NCBI GenBank assembly: GCA_035685925.1
Contig: DASRZZ010000052.1
Span: 17,615 to 81,614, forward strand
Source of the DNA: Syntrophales bacterium
Lineage (GTDB): Bacteria > Desulfobacterota > Syntrophia > Syntrophales > UBA2185
DNA length: 64,000 bases
Direction: 5' to 3'
Positions 8,029-18,331 of the stretch are shown in pieces (position 1 is the first letter of the stretch; the number at the start of each line of letters is the position of its first letter). Under the pieces are notes generated by a model, which saw only the letters and a program-made list of their open reading frames with translations, searched no databases and was not told the origin of the DNA. The position numbers and the translations under genes are program-made.

Positions 8029-9309
8029 ATGATACGCAAAATCAAATCTATTCGTGCAATGGAGATACTTGATTCGCGTGGCAATCCCACCGTTAAGGCT
8101 TACGTAACCCTGGATAATGGTCTTACAGCATCGGCTTCGTGTCCCTCAGGCGCATCAACGGGAGAGAATGAAGCCGTTGAACTGCGAGATGGCAAGAGCC
8201 GCTATGGAGGCAAAGGGGTAATGAAGGCGGTTGCCAGAGTCAATGAGCTCATTGCTCCCATACTCATCGATATGGACCCCTCCCATCAAGCCGAAATCGA
8301 TCATCTCATGGTGTCGCTTGACGGTACGCCGAATAGAGAAAAGCTTGGAGCAAACGCTATCGTGAGCGTGTCCATGGCGGTGGCACGGGCAGCTGCGCTC
8401 GCTTCTGACCTTCCATTATATGCCTACCTTGGAGGACAGGGTGCACTTCGAATTCCGATGCCTATGATGAATATCCTCAATGGCGGAAGGCATGCAGACA
8501 ACAGTGTTGATTTCCAGGAATTCATGGTCATGCCTGTCGGCGCTCCCACGTTCTTCGAAGCTTTACGTTATGGTGTGGAGACATTCCATGCCTTAAGAGG
8601 AATCTTGAATAAAAAAGGGTATGCTACTGGCGTCGGTGACGAAGGCGGATTTGCTCCCAATCTGAAGAGCAATGACGAGGCATGTGAGGTCATTATAGAA
8701 GCGATTAAAGCGGCAGGATTCAAACCGGGAAGGGACATTGCCATAGCTCTCGACCCGGCAGCAAGTTCCTTTTTTAAAAATGGAGCCTATAACCTTGCCA
8801 AGTCAGGGCAGGGGAAGAAGGACAGCGTTCAAATGGTCGCTTTTTACAAAAAATGGATTGAAAAGTACCCCATCGTCTCCATTGAGGACGGCCTCGACGA
8901 AAATGACTGGAAAGGATTCCAACTCCAGACAGCTACGCAGGGCGATAAGATACAGGTAGTCGGGGACGACATTTTTGTCACAAATACTAAGTTCATTACG
9001 CGTGGCATCCAGGAGAAGACCGCCAATGCCGTCCTGATCAAACTCAACCAGATCGGCACCGTTACAGAAACGATGGATGCAATTAATCTCTGTCGCAAGG
9101 CTGGTTGGGGTTATGTAATTTCCCATCGCTCAGGCGAAACAGAAGATACCTTCATTGCTGACTTTGCCGTTGCCATGGGCGGTGGACAACTCAAGACAGG
9201 CTCTGCCTGCCGCAGCGAGAGAATCGCCAAGTACAATCGTCTATTGGAAATTGAGGCGGAGCTTGGCCGAGCCGCAATCTTTGAAAATCCGTTGAAAGGG
9301 GGATCATAG
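8029..9309 (+). CDS. eno: Enolase (phosphopyruvate hydratase)
   Basis: [22 protein letters not shown]..., SGETED and the overall length are classic enolase. I moved the start to the third in-frame ATG, which has GGAGG about 7 nt upstream. 8014 is also possible. Confidence 0.95.
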   Translation: MIRKIKSIRAMEILDSRGNPTVKAYVTLDNGLTASASCPSGASTGENEAVELRDGKSRYGGKGVMKAVARVNELIAPILIDMDPSHQAEIDHLMVSLDGTPNREKLGANAIVSVSMAVARAAALASDLPLYAYLGGQGALRIPMPMMNILNGGRHADNSVDFQEFMVMPVGAPTFFEALRYGVETFHALRGILNKKGYATGVGDEGGFAPNLKSNDEACEVIIEAIKAAGFKPGRDIAIALDPAASSFFKNGAYNLAKSGQGKKDSVQMVAFYKKWIEKYPIVSIEDGLDENDWKGFQLQTATQGDKIQVVGDDIFVTNTKFITRGIQEKTANAVLIKLNQIGTVTETMDAINLCRKAGWGYVISHRSGETEDTFIADFAVAMGGGQLKTGSACRSERIAKYNRLLEIEAELGRAAIFENPLKGGS

Positions 9310-9747
9310 ATGGAAAAGGGAAAGGATTGCGTATTCTGCGACATTGTAGAGGGGAAGGCGCATGCCTACAAAATCCACGAGGATGAACTATCCATGTGCA
9401 TACTGGATATCAATCCTTACACAAAGGGTCATTGCCTCGTGATTTCAAAGCGTCACGTCCAGTGGTGGCATGAACTCAATGATGAGGAAAATGCAAGTCT
9501 CTTCAAGATAGCTAAGGTCATCGCGAACCGGATGATGAATAAATTCCATCCTGACTTCATTTTCCTTTATGCACGGGGAAGAAGGATTCCCCACAACCAT
9601 CTTTTCTTGATCCCGACATACAGCGGTGATGTACTCGACCGTTTCTTTAATGCCCTCGAAAATTTTCAGGAATCACCACCAGAACTTGTAAAGATAAGAG
9701 AACCTAAAACCATGCAAGAAACAGCATGGCTTCTCAGCGATAAATAA
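9310..9747 (+). CDS. HIT (histidine triad) family protein
   Basis: 145 aa. CVFCDI...YKIHEDE...INPYTKGHCLVISKRH...PHNHLFLIP matches the HIT fold, although the triad is partly degenerate. The start codon abuts the eno stop (TAG-ATG). Confidence 0.75.
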   Translation: MEKGKDCVFCDIVEGKAHAYKIHEDELSMCILDINPYTKGHCLVISKRHVQWWHELNDEENASLFKIAKVIANRMMNKFHPDFIFLYARGRRIPHNHLFLIPTYSGDVLDRFFNALENFQESPPELVKIREPKTMQETAWLLSDK

Positions 9748-9867
9748 TTCAAGCCGAGTCAGTGTTGGGTAGAATAAATTTACAGGTTCCGACTTGTAAT
9801 CTTTATGAGATAAGTGTAAAAGTCATGCATTTATTATTAAGATTAATTCTTTGTTGGAACAGAATTC

Positions 9868-11844
9868 ATGGAATCTTTTGATTCAGAGAATAAACCAACA
9901 CTGCTTGATACGATACGTCATAAAATATTCGGAACGCCACATGACATCAATGAGCCATCCGTATTTCATAAATTATCCCTAATTCCAATACTTGCATGGA
10001 TTGGCTTAGGAGCTGATGGCCTCTCTTCTTCCTCTTATGGTCCTGAAGAAGCTTTCAAAGCGTTAGGCACTCACATCTATATAGCCTTTTTTTTGGGACT
10101 TGCGACTGCATTTACGGTATTTGTCATCGCCTATGCTTATTCCCGAATCATCGAGCATTTCCCTCACGGAGGCGGCGGTTACATTGTCGCCACTCACACC
10201 ATTAGTGATAGCGCGGGGGTTGTATCAGGAAGCGCCTTGCTCGTCGATTACATGTTGACAATTACCGTATCTCTTGTTTCCTGCGGTGACGCCCTCTTCA
10301 GTTTTCTGCCAGTGACATACCTTAAATACAAACTGATTTTCGTGGTGTTTCTAATTCTCATGCTGGTAGTAATGAATTTGAGGGGGGTCAAAGAATCCGT
10401 CATAACCCTTGCCCCTATTTTTATTGCCTTTGTTGTTACCCACGTCCTGCTTATTTGCTATGGCATATTGGACCAATCAAATCAGTTCGGACCTCTAATC
10501 GGTGAATTTAAGGGAACTATCAAGGAAGATGTATCGACTATAGGCTATATTGGTATGCTCGCAATCTTTCTCCGGGCCTTCTCCTTGGGAGGAGGTACCT
10601 ATACAGGTCTCGAGGCAGTATCAAATGGGATGCAGATCATGCGGGAGCCGAGGGTTCAGACGGGGAAGAAGACGATGGCCTATATGGCTATATCACTTGC
10701 CTTTTCTGCAGGTGGCCTTCTCATTTGCTATGCCCTTTATCATATAGAGCCCATGGAAGGAAGAACGCTCAATGCTATCCTTGCGGACAACATTTTTGGC
10801 AACTGGCCATTGGGTGGTTGGATTGCACTCATCACTATTCTTTCCGAAGGTGCTCTCCTCATAGTGGGAGCTCAGGCAGGATTTGTGGATGGTCCGAGAG
10901 TAATGGCGAACATGTCAACCGATTTTTGGCTGCCCCGTCGTTTTGCCATGCTTTCAGACCGTCTTACGATGCAAAATGGCGTATTGTTGATGGGAGGTGC
11001 GTCACTATTACTTTTATTGTACACTCACGGTTCCATTTCTGCCCTTGTTATCATGTATTCTATTAATGTATTCCTCACATTCTCCCTTTCACAGCTCGGA
11101 ATGGTTTTTTTCTATGTACGAAACAGGAATGTAGATAAAGGATGGAAGAAACATATTACCATTCATGTTGTGGGTCTGATCCTCTGCCTCACGATTCTTT
11201 TCATCACTGTGTTCGAGAAGTTTGAAGAGGGTGGATGGATGACCCTTTTCATAACCTCAGTGGTCATACTGCTGTGCTATTGGATCCACGGCCATTATAA
11301 GAAAGTGCAGAAGGCGGCTCGGAAACTTGAAGAAGTCCTTACTGGAATTCCCTCAGGGACAGATTTCAATAATGATCCTGCTGATCCAAAGGAAATGACC
11401 GCCATTCTACTTGTCAGTGGCTATAATGGATTTGGTATTCATGTATGGCTTTCTATTGTCCGTAAGTTCCCAAAACTATATAAGAACTTTATTTTCGTTT
11501 CCGTCGCAGAGATAGATTCTGGTTCTTTTAAGGGCATTGCCGAAGTAGAAGCCTTGAAAAACTCTTTGGCAAATGACCTTAAAAAATACGTTAACCTTGT
11601 ACGTTCCTTTGGATTTTCTGCAGATTACAGAATGGGCGTAGGGACGGATGTCATCGATATGGCAACACAACTATGTAAATCTCTGGCGAAAGAATTCCCA
11701 AGGTCGATGGTGTTTACGGGGAAACTGATATTTCAGTATGACCGCTTTTTCCAGAGATTTCTTCACAATGAAACGGCCTTTGCCATTCAGCGGCACTTGC
11801 AATGGGAAGGAGTTGATACAGTGATCTTGCCAATTCGTATCTGA
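9868..11844 (+). CDS. APC-superfamily permease with ~200-aa cytoplasmic C-terminal extension
   Basis: 658 aa. About 12 hydrophobic segments fill the first ~450 aa, followed by a soluble tail. It resembles amino-acid/polyamine permeases in general. This is a family-level call only. Confidence 0.65.
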   Translation: MESFDSENKPTLLDTIRHKIFGTPHDINEPSVFHKLSLIPILAWIGLGADGLSSSSYGPEEAFKALGTHIYIAFFLGLATAFTVFVIAYAYSRIIEHFPHGGGGYIVATHTISDSAGVVSGSALLVDYMLTITVSLVSCGDALFSFLPVTYLKYKLIFVVFLILMLVVMNLRGVKESVITLAPIFIAFVVTHVLLICYGILDQSNQFGPLIGEFKGTIKEDVSTIGYIGMLAIFLRAFSLGGGTYTGLEAVSNGMQIMREPRVQTGKKTMAYMAISLAFSAGGLLICYALYHIEPMEGRTLNAILADNIFGNWPLGGWIALITILSEGALLIVGAQAGFVDGPRVMANMSTDFWLPRRFAMLSDRLTMQNGVLLMGGASLLLLLYTHGSISALVIMYSINVFLTFSLSQLGMVFFYVRNRNVDKGWKKHITIHVVGLILCLTILFITVFEKFEEGGWMTLFITSVVILLCYWIHGHYKKVQKAARKLEEVLTGIPSGTDFNNDPADPKEMTAILLVSGYNGFGIHVWLSIVRKFPKLYKNFIFVSVAEIDSGSFKGIAEVEALKNSLANDLKKYVNLVRSFGFSADYRMGVGTDVIDMATQLCKSLAKEFPRSMVFTGKLIFQYDRFFQRFLHNETAFAIQRHLQWEGVDTVILPIRI

Positions 11845-12146
11845 TTCAGCTTATCTTGGATCTATTGGAGGGTTTAGATAGGTATAAGGGGGTTATGATT
11901 CATTCCTGCCCGTCATCTTCACTCCTCACTCATGATAGTCGTGAGGATTTGTAAGTAGATGAGGCGATTAAGCTTTTCTCCCTGCAATTCTCACTTTGCA
12001 ATTTTGTGAAATCATGCACTAGTATATTTTATAAATTGTTGCTAACCTGCGAATGGATGCTACGCACATCATAATCAACCGAAATAAATTCGGAAAACGG
12101 CCAATTAATAGTGAGATCAAAGCTTCTGACTAATTAAGGAGGAGAT

Positions 12147-12950
12147 ATGACTCTAAAAACAAAACTCATATTGGGTTTAGGATTTCTGTTCCTAATTATT
12201 TTCAGTCTTGCAGCTTTTTGCTCTTACTATGTTGGGACATTGGGTAAGGAATCAGACAACATTCTGAAAGATAACTACTACTCCATCGTTTATTCCAAGA
12301 ATATGCTTTCCGGTCTCGATGACATGAAAACTTCTATCACCAGCGCCATTTATAATACGGGCCGAGTTGGAACAATGCCTGATTATTACTTGAGGCTTTT
12401 CGAATCAGGAAAAAATCTATTTGAGGCCAACTTAAAGGCGGAAAATAATAATATTACAGAGATACACGAGAAAGAATATGTCGAGACACTTAATAAGGAC
12501 TATGATTCGTACATGAAACTCTGTCTTCAGATCAAGAGCGGCTTGGTCGGAAGGTCGGCGTATTTTGAGAGCTTTCTGCCAGCCTGCGATAGACTGAAGC
12601 AATCAATCAACGCTATCTATGACCTAAACATGCAGGCTATAGTGCGGAAGAACCAGTTAGCAAAGAATGACTCCAATAGTTTTATCAAGTATATGGCAAT
12701 AATAGGATCATTCTGTATCCTATTGGCGTTGTCTTACTTCTGGTATTTCCCCGTCTACATTTCCACCACACTCAACTATCTCTCAGAGAAAATGAAAAAT
12801 TTGCTAAAGAGAAGTGGTGTCGCCCTTGACATAAAAACAAATGATGAAGCTTATATAATGCTTCATGCCATAGGCTTGCTTGAAAACAAATTAGGAGTGA
12901 AGGAAGAGGAAACGCATAACATGAAAAGCGGCAAGCAACAGTCGCCCTAG
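12147..12950 (+). CDS. Two-TM sensor-like membrane protein (chemoreceptor-type helical ectodomain + HAMP-like tail, no output domain)
   Basis: 267 aa. It has TM1 (LILGLGFLFLIIFSLAAFCSYYV), a ~150-aa helical region resembling MCP four-helix-bundle sensor domains, and TM2 (YMAIIGSFCILLALSYFWYF). A ~60-aa tail (…TNDEAYIMLHAIGLLENKL) looks like half a HAMP domain. AGGAGG lies upstream. Confidence 0.45.
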   Translation: MTLKTKLILGLGFLFLIIFSLAAFCSYYVGTLGKESDNILKDNYYSIVYSKNMLSGLDDMKTSITSAIYNTGRVGTMPDYYLRLFESGKNLFEANLKAENNNITEIHEKEYVETLNKDYDSYMKLCLQIKSGLVGRSAYFESFLPACDRLKQSINAIYDLNMQAIVRKNQLAKNDSNSFIKYMAIIGSFCILLALSYFWYFPVYISTTLNYLSEKMKNLLKRSGVALDIKTNDEAYIMLHAIGLLENKLGVKEEETHNMKSGKQQSP

Positions 12951-13234
12951 CAGGGCGCGCCTCCGATGTCCTTTCGCTTCACTGAATTCGCTCTTCATAT
13001 ACTTCCAAAGCAGAAAAACGCCTTATTATCAATTGGTTATAATATAAATTCAAGCATAAATTGCTGCCTTGTTGGTAGTCAGTTTTAGGGTAGTGAAAGG
13101 TGTTAAAGAAATATCGATTGATTCCAAAAATAATACCGTGATAGTTTCTGCAGTATTCGGATATGAACGCTTGGCACCATTTCATTCCATAATATGTACT
13201 TCCAGATTATAATTCTTTAAAAGGGGGAAAGTTC

Positions 13235-13759
13235 ATGAAGAAAAGTGGTCTATTGGTTTCCGGTCTTTTTATGATCATATCTCTTCTTTTTTATTCCAGT
13301 CCTGTTATTGCTGAAGAAAAGTATGGTGTATTTGACTTGCAACAGGTTCTGACACGATGTGATGCAGGAAGAGAGAATGTCGAGATACTTAAAAAGATGG
13401 AAAGCGATAGAGTCAAGCCGATTGAAGAACAGGCTGTGGAACTTAAGAAAATTAAAGAGGAATTGGACAAAAAGAAAACGGTTCTTACTGAAGCTGCCTT
13501 TAGAGAAAGACAAATGGATCTCCACAAGAAGGAGAGAGATCTAGAGATAATGGCAAAGGATGTCGCTGACGAGATGAAGGCTAAAGAACGGGTGATGTTG
13601 AATAAACTTCTCCCCGAAATTGAAAAAGTTATAATGATCATTGGTGAAAGAGAGAAATATACAATGATTATAGATGTACGTAATGAGGTTTACTTCAGCA
13701 AAAATATAAATCTCACACAAAAGGTGATCGAGGAATTGAATAAGACCTATAAGCCATAG
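13235..13759 (+). CDS. OmpH/Skp-family periplasmic chaperone
   Basis: 174 aa. A signal peptide is followed by a Lys/Glu-rich coiled coil (ELKKIKEELDKKKTVLTEAAFRERQMDLHKKERDLE) and C-terminal ...YTMIIDV. Confidence 0.75.
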   Translation: MKKSGLLVSGLFMIISLLFYSSPVIAEEKYGVFDLQQVLTRCDAGRENVEILKKMESDRVKPIEEQAVELKKIKEELDKKKTVLTEAAFRERQMDLHKKERDLEIMAKDVADEMKAKERVMLNKLLPEIEKVIMIIGEREKYTMIIDVRNEVYFSKNINLTQKVIEELNKTYKP

Positions 13760-13947
13760 AAGGTGCCGCAGATGAAGCCGGCAACCGTTTAACCCGATAC
13801 ATAATTCACAAAACAAGACTTGCCAAAGTCATTTGTTTGTGGATGAACTGAATGACCTCCTTTTTGCCGCTTCAAGTGCTGAAAGATAAACCAACCCTCT
13901 TTGAAAATTTTATTCGGATCACTAAACCTATTCTTTGCCCTTTGAGG

Positions 13948-14784
13948 TTACCTCTTCTCCGGCAAACGAACACTACCGGGTTTATCGGTTTTAGAGGCAT
14001 CATTTGGGGCAGATGGCTGTGAAAGCTCAGGTGGGCTGAGGTCTTCCCCTTCGATTTTTTGTGGCTCACTTATCATCTCTTCGTATTCGGGTATTACGAC
14101 ACCACGACGGACCATGATCTCAAATATCCTGTCTGCGCGACCCTCCACATACTTCGAAGTGCCAGTAGCGCTATACCTTCGGGGATTGGGTAGTACTGCT
14201 GCAAGCCGCGCTGCCTCCCGGGCAGTCAGCTCCGACACGTCCTTGTCGAAATAGTGGCGGGCGGCAGCCTCGATACCGAACAGGCCATCACCCCATTCGG
14301 CGCAATTCAGGTAGAGTTCGATGATTCTCCTCTTCGAGAGATTTCTCTCTAACCGCCATGTCAGGATAGCTTCCTTGATCTTCCGGACAGGATTCTTCGA
14401 CGGAGTCAGGTACAGATTTTTTGCCAATTGCTGGCTTATCGTGCTCCCGCCAATGGCAAACTTCCTCTTCTTGATGTCTTTTTCTATGGCCTTTTGTATG
14501 GCCTCATAATCGAACCCTTCATGGCTCCAGAACTTATCGTCTTCCGCAATGAGCACCGCCTTTATCACGTAAGCGGGAATCTGCGACAGCGGCACCCACT
14601 GCTGGATAATCTTTTTCTTTTTGCCCTGGTTCTGCCACTCCTTTTCCCGATACTCCATGAAGGCCGTCTTTTTCGGAGCGACCTTTCGCAGTTTTGAGAC
14701 ATCGGGGTAAATGAAGTACAAACCGATACTGGCAACCATGGCAGCTATAAGAACAAGGATAACAAGTCTGAAAACTTTTTTCAT
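13948..14784 (-). CDS. mtgA: Monofunctional biosynthetic peptidoglycan transglycosylase
   Basis: 278 aa. An N-terminal TM anchor is followed by GT51 motifs IAEDDKFWSHEGFD, GGSTISQQLAKNLYL and RKIKEA. There is a Pro/Ser-rich C-terminal tail. Confidence 0.85.
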   Translation of the reverse strand: MKKVFRLVILVLIAAMVASIGLYFIYPDVSKLRKVAPKKTAFMEYREKEWQNQGKKKKIIQQWVPLSQIPAYVIKAVLIAEDDKFWSHEGFDYEAIQKAIEKDIKKRKFAIGGSTISQQLAKNLYLTPSKNPVRKIKEAILTWRLERNLSKRRIIELYLNCAEWGDGLFGIEAAARHYFDKDVSELTAREAARLAAVLPNPRRYSATGTSKYVEGRADRIFEIMVRRGVVIPEYEEMISEPQKIEGEDLSPPELSQPSAPNDASKTDKPGSVRLPEKR

Positions 14785-15172
14785 ATCAACTCAAGCAACC
14801 CCTCCATTCGCCCTCCAACAAGAAGTCACGAGTGCTTCATATATCAAATCATGAAATTATGAAAGACTATGCCTTTTGGGCAACAGGCCAAGAGACGAAG
14901 AGCAAAGATCTTCCAGCCCGGATGAACCTTGTTTGACCAGTTGTCATGTAGTTTTGAGCAAATAATGTCTTATATCGTCAAGACGTAATACTCTGATATT
15001 ATTCAATTCTGTTAAAAAATCTCCGATTATGCAAAAATATTATTTGACTTATGGATACTTTTTCTATAGACATCCAAAGTAGTTTTTCTGTGTGCAGCTT
15101 GTCATCCATTGTCAAAATCTGTGCACCGTTAACAAAGTGGGGCATCCCCCGACTGGAAAGAGGAGGTACTTC

Positions 15173-16141
15173 ATGATGAAACGGCAGATTTTCCTATGGA
15201 TGGGACTAATCGTCCTGTTCACTGCATTTGGCCTAAGCCAAGAGGTCTTTGCAAAGGAATATAAAGTCAGGCGAGGCGATTCAATCGCCAAGATTTCAAA
15301 AAAATTTGGCGTTACTCAACAGGCCTTGATGGAAGCAAACGGTCTGACAAGTGATGCCCTCCAACCCAGACAAGTCCTCGTCATTCCCAAAACTGGCAAG
15401 AAGAAAATAGCCAAATCCAAGAACGTAACTTCTCATGGCACTGAATACTACGTAGTGAAGAAAGGTGATACCCTTAAAGGCATAGCAAGGGAGACGGGGC
15501 ATCCCGTAAGCGAAATCAGCAGGCTGAATCATGTGAATGCAAATTCCTTGAAGACAGGGCAGAAACTTGTTCTTGCCAGGCACGGTCCTGTGAAAGAAGT
15601 GTCGGCGACAAAAACAGATGGAGCAGACGAATCAGCCGAAGACGACGACTTTGTGGGTGACGATGACGCTGCCGTCACGAACAATGACACGGCGGAAATC
15701 GAGAAGGATTCAGATTCAAGCACAGAATTACTCGGCAAGTGGAATAGTCCCAGTGAACGGTCATTATTCATCAGGGTCGCCAAGGGATTCCTGGGGGCCC
15801 CTTACCGATTGGGCGGGTCATCAGTGAGGGGTTTGGATTGCTCCGCATTTGTCAAAAAGATCTATGAATTTTTTGACGTCAGCCTTCCCAGAACGGCAAG
15901 GGAACAGGCGCATGTAGGGCAGCGGGTATCGAGAGATGAACTTAAAGAAGGAGACCTCGTCTTTTTCAATACGAGGCGGGCCTACGGTCACGTGGGCATA
16001 TATATAGGAAACAACGAATTCGTTCACGCCTCGGCGGGCCGGGAGAGGAGGGTCAGGATAGATACCCTCGACAAGCCTTACTACGACAAACGCTTTGTCA
16101 AAGCAGTCAGAATTAAAGGTTTAGACAGCGGCGGCGTATAA
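15173..16141 (+). CDS. LysM-LysM-NlpC/P60 (C40) peptidoglycan endopeptidase
   Basis: Two LysM repeats (YKVRRGDSIAKISKKFGV, YVVKKGDTLKGIARETG) are followed by an acidic linker. The NlpC/P60 core has Cys in GLDCSAFV and His in GHVGIY. I set the start at ATGATG behind AGGAGG. The track ORF begins earlier, at a GTG. Confidence 0.85.
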   Translation: MMKRQIFLWMGLIVLFTAFGLSQEVFAKEYKVRRGDSIAKISKKFGVTQQALMEANGLTSDALQPRQVLVIPKTGKKKIAKSKNVTSHGTEYYVVKKGDTLKGIARETGHPVSEISRLNHVNANSLKTGQKLVLARHGPVKEVSATKTDGADESAEDDDFVGDDDAAVTNNDTAEIEKDSDSSTELLGKWNSPSERSLFIRVAKGFLGAPYRLGGSSVRGLDCSAFVKKIYEFFDVSLPRTAREQAHVGQRVSRDELKEGDLVFFNTRRAYGHVGIYIGNNEFVHASAGRERRVRIDTLDKPYYDKRFVKAVRIKGLDSGGV

Positions 16142-16182
16142 TCCACATCTATAGCTTGGATGAAAGAGAAATCTTTGGGAAG

Positions 16183-16212
16183 ATGGGACATGACCATGTC
16201 CCATTTTTTTTA
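16183..16212 (+). terminator. Rho-independent terminator after the NlpC/P60 gene
   Basis: ATGGGACAT-GACC-ATGTCCCAT (perfect 9-bp stem, 4-nt loop) followed by T8. Confidence 0.7.
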
Positions 16213-16363
16213 TTCGCCAATATATTTTCGCAGGAAGCTGCATAAAAATCAGAACACATTTCTGTTGATTTATTCGCATGCCCTATATATCCTCTAATTC
16301 CTAGGCCAACAATTGGAGGATTAGCTTATTCTGCTGACAGAAGTACTGACGTTTTAAGAAATC

Positions 16364-18301
16364 ATGGGTAAAACGATCACCGAAAAAATAATAGAGGCAC
16401 ACATTGTTTCAGGCAGTTTCGTTCCCGGAACTGAGATCGGAATCAAAATTGATCAGACCCTGACGCAAGATGCCACTGGGACGATGGCTTATCTCCAGTT
16501 CGAATCGATGAGAGTCCCCAGGGTCAGAACGGAACTGTCTGTAAGTTATATCGATCATAATACCATTCAGAGCGGGTTTGAAAATTCCGATGATCACAGG
16601 TACCTGCAAACTGTGGCGCAGAAGTACGGCATATACTTTTCGCGGGCAGGTAACGGCATCTGCCATCAGATACATTTTGAAAGGTTTGGAAAACCCGGAA
16701 AAACGCTCCTCGGTTCGGACAGCCACACTCCCACGTGCGGAGCTCTAGGCATGCTCGCCATCGGGGCTGGGGGCCTGGATGTGGCTCTGGCTATGGCCGG
16801 GGAACCCTTCTACTTTACATGTCCCAGGATAATCAAGATCAATCTCACTGGTAAACTGCCTCCGTGGATATCCGCCAAAGATATCATCCTGAAGGTTCTT
16901 GAGATACTTACCACGAAGGGGAATGTCGGGCTTATTCTTGAATACGGTGGAGAAGGTACGGCGGCTCTGTCGGCACCTGAGAGGGCTACTATTGCCAATA
17001 TGGGTGCGGAATGCGGCGTGACTACCTCCGTGTTCCCAAGCGACGAGATGACGCGACTTTTTTTGCTGGCCCAGGGGCGGCGTGATGACTGGCAGGATAT
17101 ACGAGCCGATGCGGATGCAGAATATGATCGAATTATTAATATCGACCTCTCTGGTCTTGTCCCTCTCACGGCAAGACCGCACAGCCCCGATAACATAAGC
17201 CCCGTGAGAGACGTGGGAGGCATTCGGGTAAACCAGGTCTGCATCGGAAGCTGCACAAATTCAACATACAAAGACATGGTAACAGTAGCAAAGATTTTGA
17301 AAGACAAGGTTGTACACGAAGAGGTCAGTCTTATCATTGCACCCGGTTCAAGACAGGTGCTGGAAAATCTTGCCAGAGACGGCTATCTTACGGACCTGAT
17401 TATGGCGGGGGCGAGACTCATGGAAAGCGCGTGCGGTTTCTGCATCGGGAACAGCCAGAGCCCCCAGACGAAGGGGGTTTCTCTCAGGACATCGAATAGG
17501 AATTATATGGGCCGGTCAGGAACAATTGATGCACTGGTCTACCTCGTAAGTGCCGAAACCGCAACCGCCTCGGCCATAACGGGGATAATTACGGATCCCC
17601 GTGACCTCGGTACGGCCTATCCAGAAGTGCGTATGCCCGATTGTTTTTATATCGATGACAGTATGATCATCAAACCTGATAATACAAGAGATCCGTCTGC
17701 CGTAGAAATTTACAGGGGCCCTAATATAGGGAATCCACCGACGAACGACCCGTTTCCCGATGCTATCAGAGGGGAAGTCACAATCAAGGTAGGGGACAAG
17801 ATCACGACTGACCATATCATCCCCGCCGGCGCCAAGCTGAAATATCGATCAAACATACCCAAATATTCGGAGTGTTTTTTTGAACCGCTGGATGCGCAAT
17901 TTTTCAAGCGTGCCACAAAAATACGCGACGAAGGCAAACACAATATTATCGTTGCCGGCCTTTCATACGGGCAGGGTTCGTCGAGGGAACACGCCGCTAT
18001 ATGCACGATGTTCATTGGCGTAAAGGCCGTTATAGCTATGTCTTTCGAAAGGATTCATGCGGCGAATCTGATAAACTTTGGGATACTCCCCGTTACATTC
18101 AAGGACGGCAGGGACTACGAACGCATAAACCAGGGCGATAGGCTTGAGGTTCCGGAAGCCAGAAAGACAATCGAGGGAAACGGGAAAATGATCGTAAGCA
18201 ATCTCTCTAAGAGTGCAACATTTGAGGTTAATTACAGCCTATCAGAACGGCAGAAGAGAATCCTCCTCGCTGGCGGCGCACTGAATCTGAGGCGCATCTG
18301 A
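16364..18301 (+). CDS. Aconitate hydratase (compact ~640-aa type)
   Basis: 645 aa. It carries aconitase-family motifs DQTLTQDATG, GSDSHT, CIGSCTNS and CGFCIG, with a fused swivel domain (SYGQGSSREHAA). Confidence 0.85.
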   Translation: MGKTITEKIIEAHIVSGSFVPGTEIGIKIDQTLTQDATGTMAYLQFESMRVPRVRTELSVSYIDHNTIQSGFENSDDHRYLQTVAQKYGIYFSRAGNGICHQIHFERFGKPGKTLLGSDSHTPTCGALGMLAIGAGGLDVALAMAGEPFYFTCPRIIKINLTGKLPPWISAKDIILKVLEILTTKGNVGLILEYGGEGTAALSAPERATIANMGAECGVTTSVFPSDEMTRLFLLAQGRRDDWQDIRADADAEYDRIINIDLSGLVPLTARPHSPDNISPVRDVGGIRVNQVCIGSCTNSTYKDMVTVAKILKDKVVHEEVSLIIAPGSRQVLENLARDGYLTDLIMAGARLMESACGFCIGNSQSPQTKGVSLRTSNRNYMGRSGTIDALVYLVSAETATASAITGIITDPRDLGTAYPEVRMPDCFYIDDSMIIKPDNTRDPSAVEIYRGPNIGNPPTNDPFPDAIRGEVTIKVGDKITTDHIIPAGAKLKYRSNIPKYSECFFEPLDAQFFKRATKIRDEGKHNIIVAGLSYGQGSSREHAAICTMFIGVKAVIAMSFERIHAANLINFGILPVTFKDGRDYERINQGDRLEVPEARKTIEGNGKMIVSNLSKSATFEVNYSLSERQKRILLAGGALNLRRI

Positions 18302-18331
18302 TATATTCCACCATGTGGCACAACATTATGA

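Noticed and set aside
12979-13185. 68-aa minus-strand ORF in the spacer before the skp-like gene.
   Set aside because: It has an AT-rich, Tyr/Asn/Phe-rich translation with no RBS or motif, and it lies in a probable promoter region.
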